NCBI GenBank assembly: GCA_040882355.1
Contig: JBBEBM010000054.1
Span: 61,328 to 81,327, forward strand
Reading direction: 5' to 3'
Source of the DNA: Dehalococcoidia bacterium
GTDB taxonomy: Bacteria > Chloroflexota > Dehalococcoidia > DSTF01 > RBG-16-68-14
DNA length: 20,000 bases
Shown here one piece after another: positions 5,750-14,007 of the stretch; positions within the stretch are counted from its first letter, which is position 1, and the number at the start of each line of letters is the position of its first letter. The notes below the pieces were generated by a model. It saw only the letters and a program-made list of their open reading frames with translations. It searched no databases and had not been told where the DNA came from. The position numbers and the translations under genes are program-made.

Positions 5750-7477
5750 ATGCAGGTCCTCGGTATCAACTCCTACCTCCACGATTCGTCGGCGGCCCTG
5801 ATCAAGGACGGCCGGCTTGTCTTTGCGGCAGAGGAGGAGCGCTTCTCCCGGATCAAGAAGGACGCCCGCTTCCCCAGGCTCGCCATCCAGGCCGCGCTCG
5901 ATCATGCGGGTATCGAGTTCAGCGAACTGGAGGGCATCGCTTTCGGCTGGAACAAGGGCGGCGCCACGCCTCTGCACACGCTCCGCTCCACGCTCACCGG
6001 TGGGCTGCCGTTCAGCGCCCGCTACGTCGTCGACTCGTTCATGTCGACCGCGCGCGAGGTGTATCAGGCCAACGGGCGGCGAGCGCTAGAGCGCGCCTTC
6101 GGGCCGTTCGATCACAAGCGCATCTTCTTCGTCGACCACCATGACGCCCACGCGTGGAGCACCTACGCTCTCTCCGGCTACGACGAAGCGCTGGTCCTGA
6201 TCATGGACGGCCGCGGCGCCAGCCAGTCCACCACGCTCTACCATGGTCGCGGCGACAAACTGCGCCTCATCCGCACCATCAAATTCCCGAACTCGCTCGG
6301 CTCCTTCTACGAGTCGTTCACCGACCTGCTCGGCTTCGAGCGCAACAACGATGAGTGGAAGGTGATGGGCCTGGCCGCGTACGGCGAGCCGACACACGAC
6401 GTGAGCGACGCGCTCCGCGTTCTGCCGGACGGCTACAAGCTGAACTCGCAGCTCGTCTGCGGGAGCTGGTTCAACGACCTCTCACGCATGACCGCCCGCT
6501 ACGGGCCGCGCCGCGACCCCGAGCGGTTCATCACGGACGACGATCGCAACCTCGCCGCTTCCGTACAGCGCGCGTTGGAGGAAGCGGTATTCCGCCTGGT
6601 CGAGGTGGGCGTGCAAATGACAGGCTGTCGCAACCTCTGCCTGGCCGGCGGCGTGGCGATGAACTCGAAGGCGAACGGTCGCCTGCTCGCCGCCGGCCTC
6701 GTCGACGACGTCTTCGTGCAGCCCGCCGCGACTGATGACGGCACCGCCATCGGCGCAGCCGTTGCCGCGCACGCCGAGCTTGGCGCGCCGCCGCCCCGGT
6801 ATCGCATGACCGACGCCTACCTCGGCCCGGAGTTCGCCGAAAGCGAGATCGCCTCGGTGCTGGACACCTACAAGCTGCGCGCCACCCATGTGCCGAACGT
6901 GGAGGAGGTCGCCGCTGGCCTGCTGGCCGATGGCCAGATTGTCGGCTGGTTCCAGGGCCGGATGGAGTTCGGGCCGCGCGCGCTCGGCAGCCGCTCGATC
7001 CTGGCCGACCCGCGCCGACCGGAAATGAAGGACCGCGTGAACGAGTGCGTGAAGTTCCGCGAGGGCTGGCGCCCGTTCGCGCCGTCCTGCCTGGAAGAAG
7101 CAGCGCCGGAGTACTTCGAAGGCTGTCGTGAGGCGCCCTTCATGATCCTCACCTTCGACGTGCGCCCCGAAAAGCGCGACGTCATCCCGGCGGTCACTCA
7201 CGCCGACAACACCGCCCGGGTCCAGACCGTGAGCGAGGCGGCCAACCCCCGCTACTGGAACCTGATCCGGGAGTTCGCCCGCCTCACCGACGTGCCGGTG
7301 GTCATGAACACGTCCTTCAACCTGCGCGGCGAACCGATCGTCTGCGCGCCCAAGGACGCAATCCGCACGTTCTACTCATCGGGCCTCGACTATCTGGTAC
7401 TGGGAAGCCACATTGTCGCCAAGGACCCCTTCTGGCAGCCATCCGCGAGCGGGCAACTCGCGACGGCCGACCGGTAG
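5750..7477 (+). CDS. O-carbamoyltransferase (NodU/CmcH/TobZ family)
   Basis: MQVLGI...HDSSAAL...AAEEERFSRIK, HHDAHA, EWKVMGLAAYG, LAGGVAMN, GRMEFGPRALGSRS, VKFREGWRPFAPS and NTSFN motifs. SD GGAGG at 5738-5742 favours the ATG at 5750. Confidence 0.95.
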   Translation: MQVLGINSYLHDSSAALIKDGRLVFAAEEERFSRIKKDARFPRLAIQAALDHAGIEFSELEGIAFGWNKGGATPLHTLRSTLTGGLPFSARYVVDSFMSTAREVYQANGRRALERAFGPFDHKRIFFVDHHDAHAWSTYALSGYDEALVLIMDGRGASQSTTLYHGRGDKLRLIRTIKFPNSLGSFYESFTDLLGFERNNDEWKVMGLAAYGEPTHDVSDALRVLPDGYKLNSQLVCGSWFNDLSRMTARYGPRRDPERFITDDDRNLAASVQRALEEAVFRLVEVGVQMTGCRNLCLAGGVAMNSKANGRLLAAGLVDDVFVQPAATDDGTAIGAAVAAHAELGAPPPRYRMTDAYLGPEFAESEIASVLDTYKLRATHVPNVEEVAAGLLADGQIVGWFQGRMEFGPRALGSRSILADPRRPEMKDRVNECVKFREGWRPFAPSCLEEAAPEYFEGCREAPFMILTFDVRPEKRDVIPAVTHADNTARVQTVSEAANPRYWNLIREFARLTDVPVVMNTSFNLRGEPIVCAPKDAIRTFYSSGLDYLVLGSHIVAKDPFWQPSASGQLATADR

Positions 7478-7538
7478 ATCCCTCATATCGGGGTCAGGCA
7501 TTCGCGCCGATACTCTTCCGTCAAGGAGGGATATCGCG

Positions 7539-7763
7539 ATGTACAGGAAGGCAATCATCGGCACGGCGGCAGGCGTCCTCGCTTGGGGACTCTACAAGCT
7601 CACCAACGAGGCGAATCAGACGCCCTCACTCGAGGACGACCTGTTCTACCTGGACAGCGTCCGCAGCCACGCTCGGCATCGCCAGACACGACCCGCTCTG
7701 GCGGAAGCGCGCGACGCCTTCGACGAACGCATGCGCGACGTGATGAAGCGTAAGGCGGCTTAG
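7539..7763 (+). CDS. Small hypothetical protein (74 aa) with an N-terminal hydrophobic anchor
   Basis: AAGGAGG SD upstream of the ATG at 7539. Begins MYRKAIIGTAAGVLAWGLYK. Confidence 0.65.
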   Translation: MYRKAIIGTAAGVLAWGLYKLTNEANQTPSLEDDLFYLDSVRSHARHRQTRPALAEARDAFDERMRDVMKRKAA

Positions 7764-8188
7764 GGCTCCTTGTCCGCAGCCAGGATCGATTTCGCCTGGT
7801 TGATCCCGTCAAGCAGCAGCAGGGCGTTCCCGCTCGCCATCGAGCGAATCAGGCCGGCGTAGATCAGGCGATCGCACGCGCGTCTCAGCACCCCCGCCGC
7901 CTCGTCATCGCCCATCGTCTCGGCGCGCTGACAGATCGCGATGATCTCGACCAGCGCTCCGCCGAGGTCGGTGTCGCGAACGTCGCCCTTGGTCTGCAGG
8001 GCTGCGGGCGCCTGCCGCTCTACAACAACAAAGTCCTCCAGCACGACAGCAATCGCATCCTGGGGATCCGACGGCAGGCCGTCATCGGCGCTGTCGTCCG
8101 AGTCGCTGCTGCAGGCGACCAACCAGGGAATCATGATCGCGCTCGTGAGGAGGAGAACCCTCCAGCGTCCGAACGGCTGTCTCACCAC
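7760..8188 (-). CDS. Hypothetical lipoprotein
   Basis: SD GAGAGGAG upstream of the GTG at 8188. Basic N-region, hydrophobic stretch, lipobox LVAC, then a Ser/Asp-rich linker. Confidence 0.65.
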   Translation of the reverse strand: MVRQPFGRWRVLLLTSAIMIPWLVACSSDSDDSADDGLPSDPQDAIAVVLEDFVVVERQAPAALQTKGDVRDTDLGGALVEIIAICQRAETMGDDEAAGVLRRACDRLIYAGLIRSMASGNALLLLDGINQAKSILAADKEP

Positions 8189-8257
8189 GTTGTCGTCTCC
8201 TCTCTCACGGCGTTCAGTATACCCCGGCGATCCGCGCTGGCGTAAACAGCCCATGTA

Positions 8258-8286
8258 TCGACTTCAGCACCAGCACGTTGTACTAT
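8258..8286 (+). promoter_or_regulatory. Putative sigma70 promoter for the glycoside hydrolase gene
   Basis: TCGACT-N17-TACTAT, ending 8 nt before the ATG at 8295. Confidence 0.4.
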
Positions 8287-8294
8287 GCAAACCC

Positions 8295-10844
8295 ATGCGT
8301 CGGAGGCGCACACCGGCTTTCCTCATGCCTCGCACCGGCCTTGTCATTGCTTTGCTGGCGCTCGCCGCCTCTCTCGCCGCGCTTCCCCCGTGGTCGGAGC
8401 CCGCATCGGCCGGCTCGACGGTGAATCTGACGGTGGACGGCTCGCAGCAGTTCCAGGACATCGACGGACTGGGCGTGAACATCAACCCGAAGAACTGGAA
8501 CGATGGCGAGCTAATCCCGGCGCTGGACCTGCTCGCCGACCAGCTTGGCGCGGAGATCTTTCGCGTTGACCCGTTCGGCCAGTCGGACTGGGAGGTGGTG
8601 AACGACAATAGTCAGGCTGGGACGTTCAACTGGGCGTACTACAACGACATCTACGAATCGCCATCGTTCCAGGACCTCTGGCAGACGCTGGAGTACCTCG
8701 AGCAGAAGGACGTCCAGATCATGGTCGGCGTCTCCGGCCTCGTGCCCTCCTGGATGGGCGGCACGGCCGTGGACCCCGGCTGGGAGGCGGAGTGGGTCGA
8801 AATGATCGCCTCGCTCGTCTACTACGCTCGCGTCGTGCGCGGCATCGACTTCACCATGTTCAGCCCAGCCAACGAGACCGACTACGGCCCGCCGGAGGGC
8901 CCGTCCGCGGACGAGGCAAGCTACGTGGACCTGGTCCACGATCTGTTTCTTCGCCTCGACTCGCTGGGCCTATCGGACATCCGGCTCGTCGGACCGGATG
9001 TCGCCTTCCTGGACATGGACTACCTCGACGAGATCTGCGCCGACGCATACCTACTGGGAAAGCTCGATCACTTCGCCTTCCACAACTACAGCGGCAACAT
9101 GAACCAGGCGCCAGGCAACGCCGTGACGTGCGGGCGCGACGCCTGGATGACGGAGTGGTCCCAGGCGACCACAGACGGCTTCCTGGACAATGGCAACCAG
9201 GTGGCCGACGAGTGGGCGTTCGCGCGCGTCATGACCGACTATCTGTTCAACCACCTGAGCGACGACGACGGGGCGGGCCCGGGCGAGGGCGCCGAAGCCG
9301 TGCTCGCCTGGGACGCGTTCGACAACATTCACGAGCACAACCCCTCCGGCCTCTACTCACGCTGGGGTCTGGTCGCGTACGACCTGGACACCGGCGTCTA
9401 CACGCCCAAGGACCGGTTCTTCACCAACGCGCAGTTCTTCAAATTCATCTCGCCCGGCTCCGCGCGCATCGGCGCTGCCGAATCCGAACCCAACCTGCAG
9501 GTGCTGGCTTTCCGCCACGCCGCCACGGGGCGGCTGACCCTCGCCGGTCAGAACGTGGGCGGCGCGACGCTCACGCTCAACGGTACGATCAGCAACGTTC
9601 CGTCCGCGCCGACCACGCTGGCGCTGTACCGCACCAGCAGCTCGCTCGACCTCGCCCGCCAGGCAAACGTTCCTGTGAGCAGCGGGACGTTCTCGATCCA
9701 GGTGCCTCCCGACAGCTTCTTCACGCTGACGGGCACGCCCGGCGTCGCCGAATCCACGCCACCATCCATCTCGGGCGTCTCTGCGGCCGGCGTGACCGCT
9801 ACCGGCGCCTCGATCGTTTGGAACACCAACGAGGTCGCGGACACGCGTGTTGAGTGGGGCACGACCGCGTCCTACGGGCAAAGCACGGTCTTCGACGCGG
9901 GCCTGGTAACGTCACACCATCAGAAGCTGGCAGGTCTGCTGCCCGCCACGACGTACCATTACCGCGCGCACAGCGCCGATGCTTCCGGGAACCCCTCCGT
10001 GAGCAGCGACCACACCTTCACGACCACTACCGCCCCGCCCACGCTCACCGTCACGTTCGACGATCTGGCTGGACAAGACCAGGTGCTGAACGGCCAGTAC
10101 CCCGCAGGCGTCATCGACTGGGGCACGAACGCCTGGTACCACTCCGGCCCGTACGGCCTCTTCAACACAAAGAGCATCGGCTTCAACGGCCCGTCCATCA
10201 CCGCCGCCACGTTTACGCTCCTCACGCCGCGCCGCCTGGTGAGCATTCGGGCCCACAACGGCGCGTCAGGCCTGGCGACCAACACGACGGTGACGCTGAG
10301 CTGCCCCGGCCAGCCCGACAAGCGCGCCGATCTCGTCGTAGGCGAGATCGCGACGATTCCCACCGGCTGGGCCGGCACCTGCTCCAGCGTGACGATCGCA
10401 AGCACGGACGGCTGGGTCACGAACTTCGACGACCTCGTCTTCACCAGCGGCGGCGGCGCGCCCCAGGGCCCGGACAACGACGGCGACGGCTGCAGCGACG
10501 CCGCGGAGCAGCAGACCACACCGGGTAGCGAGGTGATCGGCGGGCTGCGAGATGCCAACGATGTCTGGGACTTCATGGACCAGTTTGTCGGCGCGCCGCT
10601 GGCAAGGGACCGGATTGTGGCCGTCGGCGACATCGGCGCCGTGGTCGGCCGCTTCGGCGCCACCGGGAGCCCGTCGGGCGACCCGCTGGTCCCTCCTGCA
10701 GGTTCCACCGGCTACCATACGAGCGCCGATCGCCAGGGGTCCATCCCGGGCCAGAACCCCTGGAACCTGCGCCCGCCCGACGGCGTGATCTCTATCGGTG
10801 ACGTGGGCGCCGCTGTCGGGCAGTTCGGGCACAGTTGCGCGTAG
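8295..10844 (+). CDS. Secreted multidomain clan-A glycoside hydrolase (GH30-like) with an FN3-like domain and a C-terminal flexitail/dockerin-like domain
   Basis: Signal peptide MRRRR...ASA|G. Acid/base motif SPANETD and nucleophile motif WMTEWS. FN3-like WNTNEVADTRVEWGTT...YHYRAHSADASGN. C-terminal DNDGDGC...QFGHSCA. Start is 8295 or 8325. Confidence 0.75.
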   Translation: MRRRRTPAFLMPRTGLVIALLALAASLAALPPWSEPASAGSTVNLTVDGSQQFQDIDGLGVNINPKNWNDGELIPALDLLADQLGAEIFRVDPFGQSDWEVVNDNSQAGTFNWAYYNDIYESPSFQDLWQTLEYLEQKDVQIMVGVSGLVPSWMGGTAVDPGWEAEWVEMIASLVYYARVVRGIDFTMFSPANETDYGPPEGPSADEASYVDLVHDLFLRLDSLGLSDIRLVGPDVAFLDMDYLDEICADAYLLGKLDHFAFHNYSGNMNQAPGNAVTCGRDAWMTEWSQATTDGFLDNGNQVADEWAFARVMTDYLFNHLSDDDGAGPGEGAEAVLAWDAFDNIHEHNPSGLYSRWGLVAYDLDTGVYTPKDRFFTNAQFFKFISPGSARIGAAESEPNLQVLAFRHAATGRLTLAGQNVGGATLTLNGTISNVPSAPTTLALYRTSSSLDLARQANVPVSSGTFSIQVPPDSFFTLTGTPGVAESTPPSISGVSAAGVTATGASIVWNTNEVADTRVEWGTTASYGQSTVFDAGLVTSHHQKLAGLLPATTYHYRAHSADASGNPSVSSDHTFTTTTAPPTLTVTFDDLAGQDQVLNGQYPAGVIDWGTNAWYHSGPYGLFNTKSIGFNGPSITAATFTLLTPRRLVSIRAHNGASGLATNTTVTLSCPGQPDKRADLVVGEIATIPTGWAGTCSSVTIASTDGWVTNFDDLVFTSGGGAPQGPDNDGDGCSDAAEQQTTPGSEVIGGLRDANDVWDFMDQFVGAPLARDRIVAVGDIGAVVGRFGATGSPSGDPLVPPAGSTGYHTSADRQGSIPGQNPWNLRPPDGVISIGDVGAAVGQFGHSCA

Positions 10845-10889
10845 TCGCTATCTCGTGCGTGCGATGTTACGCTGTCCTCGAGACGCCTC

Positions 10890-11249
10890 ATGAGCGGAGT
10901 CATCCTAGCCGTCATCAGCGACCTCATGTTCCAGTCGCGCGTCTCCGAGCAGGCACGAGTGCTCGGCTACGAGATCGCCGTTCTCGACACGGCCGCCACC
11001 CTTGATGCGGCGTTCGATCCGCCTCCCATCCTCGTCGTGCTCGACCTGCACGTGACCGGCGTCGACTGGCAGCGAGCCGCCGCGCTGGCGAAGGAGCGTG
11101 ACGTGCCCGTGCTCGCCTTCGGGCGCCACACCGAGGCCGAGCTGCTGCGTGACGCGCGCGACGCGGGCTGCGATCGCGTCGTGCCGCGTTCGGTCTTCGT
11201 CGAGGAGCTGCCACAGCTCATCCAGGAGCTGGCGGGCGCGCGAACGTAG
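10890..11249 (+). CDS. Single-domain response-regulator receiver (CheY-like, atypical)
   Basis: Beta/alpha pattern ILAVISD...LVVLDL...PVLAFG...AGCDRVVPR. The phospho-acceptor Asp is present but the conserved Lys is replaced by Arg. Possible extended -10 TGTTACGCT at 10865-10873. Confidence 0.7.
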   Translation: MSGVILAVISDLMFQSRVSEQARVLGYEIAVLDTAATLDAAFDPPPILVVLDLHVTGVDWQRAAALAKERDVPVLAFGRHTEAELLRDARDAGCDRVVPRSVFVEELPQLIQELAGART

Positions 11250-11272
11250 AGCGTCGCACCAGCCGCCGGCGG

Positions 11273-11281
11273 TGCTATACT
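11273..11281 (+). promoter_or_regulatory. Extended -10 promoter element upstream of gatB
   Basis: TG-C-TATACT, 12 nt before the gatB ATG. No SD in between. Confidence 0.55.
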
Positions 11282-11293
11282 GCTCGTGAGCCC

Positions 11294-12784
11294 ATGACCG
11301 CGCCCAGCGCCACCAAGTACGAAGTCGTCATCGGCATCGAGGTGCACGCGCAGTTGCTCACGAAGAGCAAGATGTTCTGCGCGTGCCGGGCCGACTACTT
11401 CGGCGCGCCGCCCAACACGCACGTCTGTCCGGTCTGCCTCGGGATGCCGGGAGTGCTTCCGGTGATCAACCAGCAGGCCGTCGAGTACACGATCATGACC
11501 GGCCTGGCGCTGAACTGCGACATCCCCGAGCAGGCCAAGTTCGACCGCAAGAACTACCCGTATCCGGACCTGATGAAGGGCTACCAGATCTCCCAGTACG
11601 ACCTGCCCCTCTGCAAGAACGGCTGGCTCGAGATCGACCTCGATGGAGAGACGACCCGCATCGGCGTGACGCGCGTCCACCTGGAGGAGGACACCGCACG
11701 CAGCATGCACCGCATGAATGAGGCGGGCGAGGGCTACAGCCTGATCGACGTGAACCGCGCGGGGACCGCGCTGATGGAGATCGTCTCGGAGCCTGACGTG
11801 CGGTCCGGCCAGCAGGCGCGCCTCTACCTGACGAAGCTCCAGCAGACGCTGCGCTACCTGGGCGTCAGCCAGGCGAACATGGAAGAAGGCAACATGCGCT
11901 GCGAGCCGAACATCAGCCTGCGGCCCGCCGGCCGCGAAGAGTTCGGCACCAAGGTGGAGCTGAAGAACTTGAACAGCTTCCGCGCCGTCGAACAGGGCGT
12001 CGATTACGAGATCGAGCGCCAGCGCGAGATCCTCGACTCGGGCGGCAAGGTGGTCCACGAGACGCGCGGCTGGCGAGACGAGGAGAGTCGCACCGTCAGC
12101 CAGCGGAGCAAAGAGCTCGCCGAGGACTACCGTTACTTCCCGGAGCCCGACTTACCCCTGCTCACGATCGACCGGTCGTACGTCGAAGAGCTTCGCGCTC
12201 GCCTACCGGAGCTGCCCGACGCGAAGCGAAATCGCTTCATGGAGCAGTACGCCCTCGGCCACTACGAGGCGAATCTGCTGATCGCCACGCGCGCCCGCGC
12301 CGAGTACTTCGAGCGGGCGCTGGACGGCGCGAAAAGCGGCGACGGGACACTGCAGGCCCGCGCCAAAGCCGTGGCGAATTGGATGCTCGGCGATTTTGCG
12401 CGGTTGCTTAACGCCGACGGCATCGAAATCAGCGACTCGAAAGTCGCGCCCGAACAGCTCCACGAGCTGATTGTGCTGATCGAAGAGGGCACGGTCTCCA
12501 CCACGGGCGCCAAGGGCGTCTTCGAGGAGATGTTCCGCAGCGGCAAGGCGCCACGCGCGATCGTCGTCGAGCAAGGCCTGAGCCAGATTAGCGCTGCGGA
12601 CGAGATCCAGGGCGTCGTCGCGCAGGTGATCGGCGCGAACCCCCAGCCCGTCGCCGACTACCACGGCGGCAAGGAGGAAGCATTGAAGTTCCTCGTCGGT
12701 CAGGTGATGCGCGAGACGCGGGGGCGCGCCAAGCCTGATCTCGTTCACGACCTGCTGAAGCAAGAGCTCTCGAAGGGCGGCTAG
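11294..12784 (+). CDS. gatB: Asp-tRNA(Asn)/Glu-tRNA(Gln) amidotransferase subunit B
   Basis: [53 protein letters not shown] and FLVGQVM motifs. Confidence 0.98.
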   Translation: MTAPSATKYEVVIGIEVHAQLLTKSKMFCACRADYFGAPPNTHVCPVCLGMPGVLPVINQQAVEYTIMTGLALNCDIPEQAKFDRKNYPYPDLMKGYQISQYDLPLCKNGWLEIDLDGETTRIGVTRVHLEEDTARSMHRMNEAGEGYSLIDVNRAGTALMEIVSEPDVRSGQQARLYLTKLQQTLRYLGVSQANMEEGNMRCEPNISLRPAGREEFGTKVELKNLNSFRAVEQGVDYEIERQREILDSGGKVVHETRGWRDEESRTVSQRSKELAEDYRYFPEPDLPLLTIDRSYVEELRARLPELPDAKRNRFMEQYALGHYEANLLIATRARAEYFERALDGAKSGDGTLQARAKAVANWMLGDFARLLNADGIEISDSKVAPEQLHELIVLIEEGTVSTTGAKGVFEEMFRSGKAPRAIVVEQGLSQISAADEIQGVVAQVIGANPQPVADYHGGKEEALKFLVGQVMRETRGRAKPDLVHDLLKQELSKGG

Positions 12785-12788
12785 CGAG

Positions 12789-13934
12789 CTGTCCCCGACG
12801 CGCACCCGACGCTCTACCGTCCTTCAAACCTCCCTCACTGTCGCCGCTGGGGCCACGTTCCTCGTACTGACAGCGTGCGCAGGCGAGGCCGCCCCGCCGG
12901 CGCCGACCGCGACGCCTCGCCCTAGCCCTACCGTCACCGCCACCGCAACGCCTGAGTTCCTGGAGGCGGCGCAGGTGCCGCCTCTGACGCTCGCCGAAGT
13001 CTTTCCACGGCGCGACCTGGCCACGTTGCGCCTCGACCCCGCCCGGCTGCGTACCGTCATCGCCACTGGCGACGTGATCCCGGCGCGCGGCGTCGACTAC
13101 GCCATCCGCCGGCGCGGCGATGACTTCCTCTTCCCCGTCGCCGCCACCACACAGCTCACAAGCAACGGCGACCTCACCGTCATCAACCTGGAAGCGCCGC
13201 TCGTCTCCTATTGCGGGCCGGCGCCATCCGGCACGTTCACCTTCTGCGGCCGGCCAGGGTTCGTCCAGGCACTGCAGGCGGCCGGCGTCGACGTCGCCAC
13301 GCTCGAGAACAACCACATCGGCAACTATGGCTCGGACGGCATCGCCGAGACGGCGGGCCACCTCGACGCAGCAGGTATCGCCTGGGCCGACCGCGACTCG
13401 CCGGCCGTGCGCGACCTGCGGGGGTTGCGCTTCGGCTTCCTCGCCTTCAACGGCGTCGGCGAGCGCATCGACCGGCAAGCGATGGCCGCGCAGGTCCAGG
13501 CGCTGCGCCCCCAGGTGGACGTGCTGATGGTGGCCGTGCACTGGGGCGCCGAGTACGTGCGCGTCCCCCAGACGGCGCCCGGCGTCGCGGATGACTACCC
13601 GGTCGAGATCGCGCATCTGGCTATCGATTCGGGCGCGGACCTGGTGATCGGCAACCACCCGCACTGGGTTCAAGCGGTCGAGCTATACAACGGCAAGTTC
13701 ATCGCCTACGCCCACGGCAACTTCATCTTCGATCAGATGTGGTCCTACGAGACGCGCGTCGGCGTCGTGGGCCGGTACACGTTTTATGACAAGTTACTCG
13801 TCGGCGTGGAGTTCGCGCCGGTGCTCAGTCAGGACTACTCCCAGCCTGTGCCGATGCAGGGTGCCGAGTCCCAGGCGGTCCTGGACGCGATGGAGGCCGC
13901 GAGCATTGAGCTCGCGGCGAAGCTGGTTCCCTAG
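12789..13934 (+). CDS. CapA-family (PGA_cap) metallophosphoesterase-like lipoprotein
   Basis: GDVI, INLE, NNHIGNYG, HWG, GNHPH and HGNFIFDQ motifs. The frame extends upstream of the ORF-track GTG (12975) through a Pro/Thr linker and lipobox LTAC to a CTG at 12789. Confidence 0.85.
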   Translation: MSPTRTRRSTVLQTSLTVAAGATFLVLTACAGEAAPPAPTATPRPSPTVTATATPEFLEAAQVPPLTLAEVFPRRDLATLRLDPARLRTVIATGDVIPARGVDYAIRRRGDDFLFPVAATTQLTSNGDLTVINLEAPLVSYCGPAPSGTFTFCGRPGFVQALQAAGVDVATLENNHIGNYGSDGIAETAGHLDAAGIAWADRDSPAVRDLRGLRFGFLAFNGVGERIDRQAMAAQVQALRPQVDVLMVAVHWGAEYVRVPQTAPGVADDYPVEIAHLAIDSGADLVIGNHPHWVQAVELYNGKFIAYAHGNFIFDQMWSYETRVGVVGRYTFYDKLLVGVEFAPVLSQDYSQPVPMQGAESQAVLDAMEAASIELAAKLVP

Positions 13935-13972
13935 CCGCGAAAGTGGTAATCAGAATGCGCAGACCTGCATAT

Positions 13973-14001
13973 TCGACGCTGATCCAATCGGCTGGTATAA
14001 T
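13973..14001 (+). promoter_or_regulatory. Sigma70 promoter for yvcK, probably giving a leaderless transcript
   Basis: TCGACG-N17-TATAAT with extended TG. The ATG at 14008 begins after a 6-nt gap from the -10 box. Confidence 0.7.
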
Positions 14002-14007
14002 CTTGCC

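Noticed and set aside
7941..8294. ORF-track N-terminal extension of the glycoside hydrolase (likewise the extensions at 13786-14007, 5139-5303 and 7413-7538)
   Set aside because: They overlap neighbouring genes or promoters. Signal peptide, SD or -10 positions support the downstream starts.
12789..13934. Poly-gamma-glutamate capsule locus
   Set aside because: No capB/capC in the window. Stand-alone CapA-family proteins are widespread.
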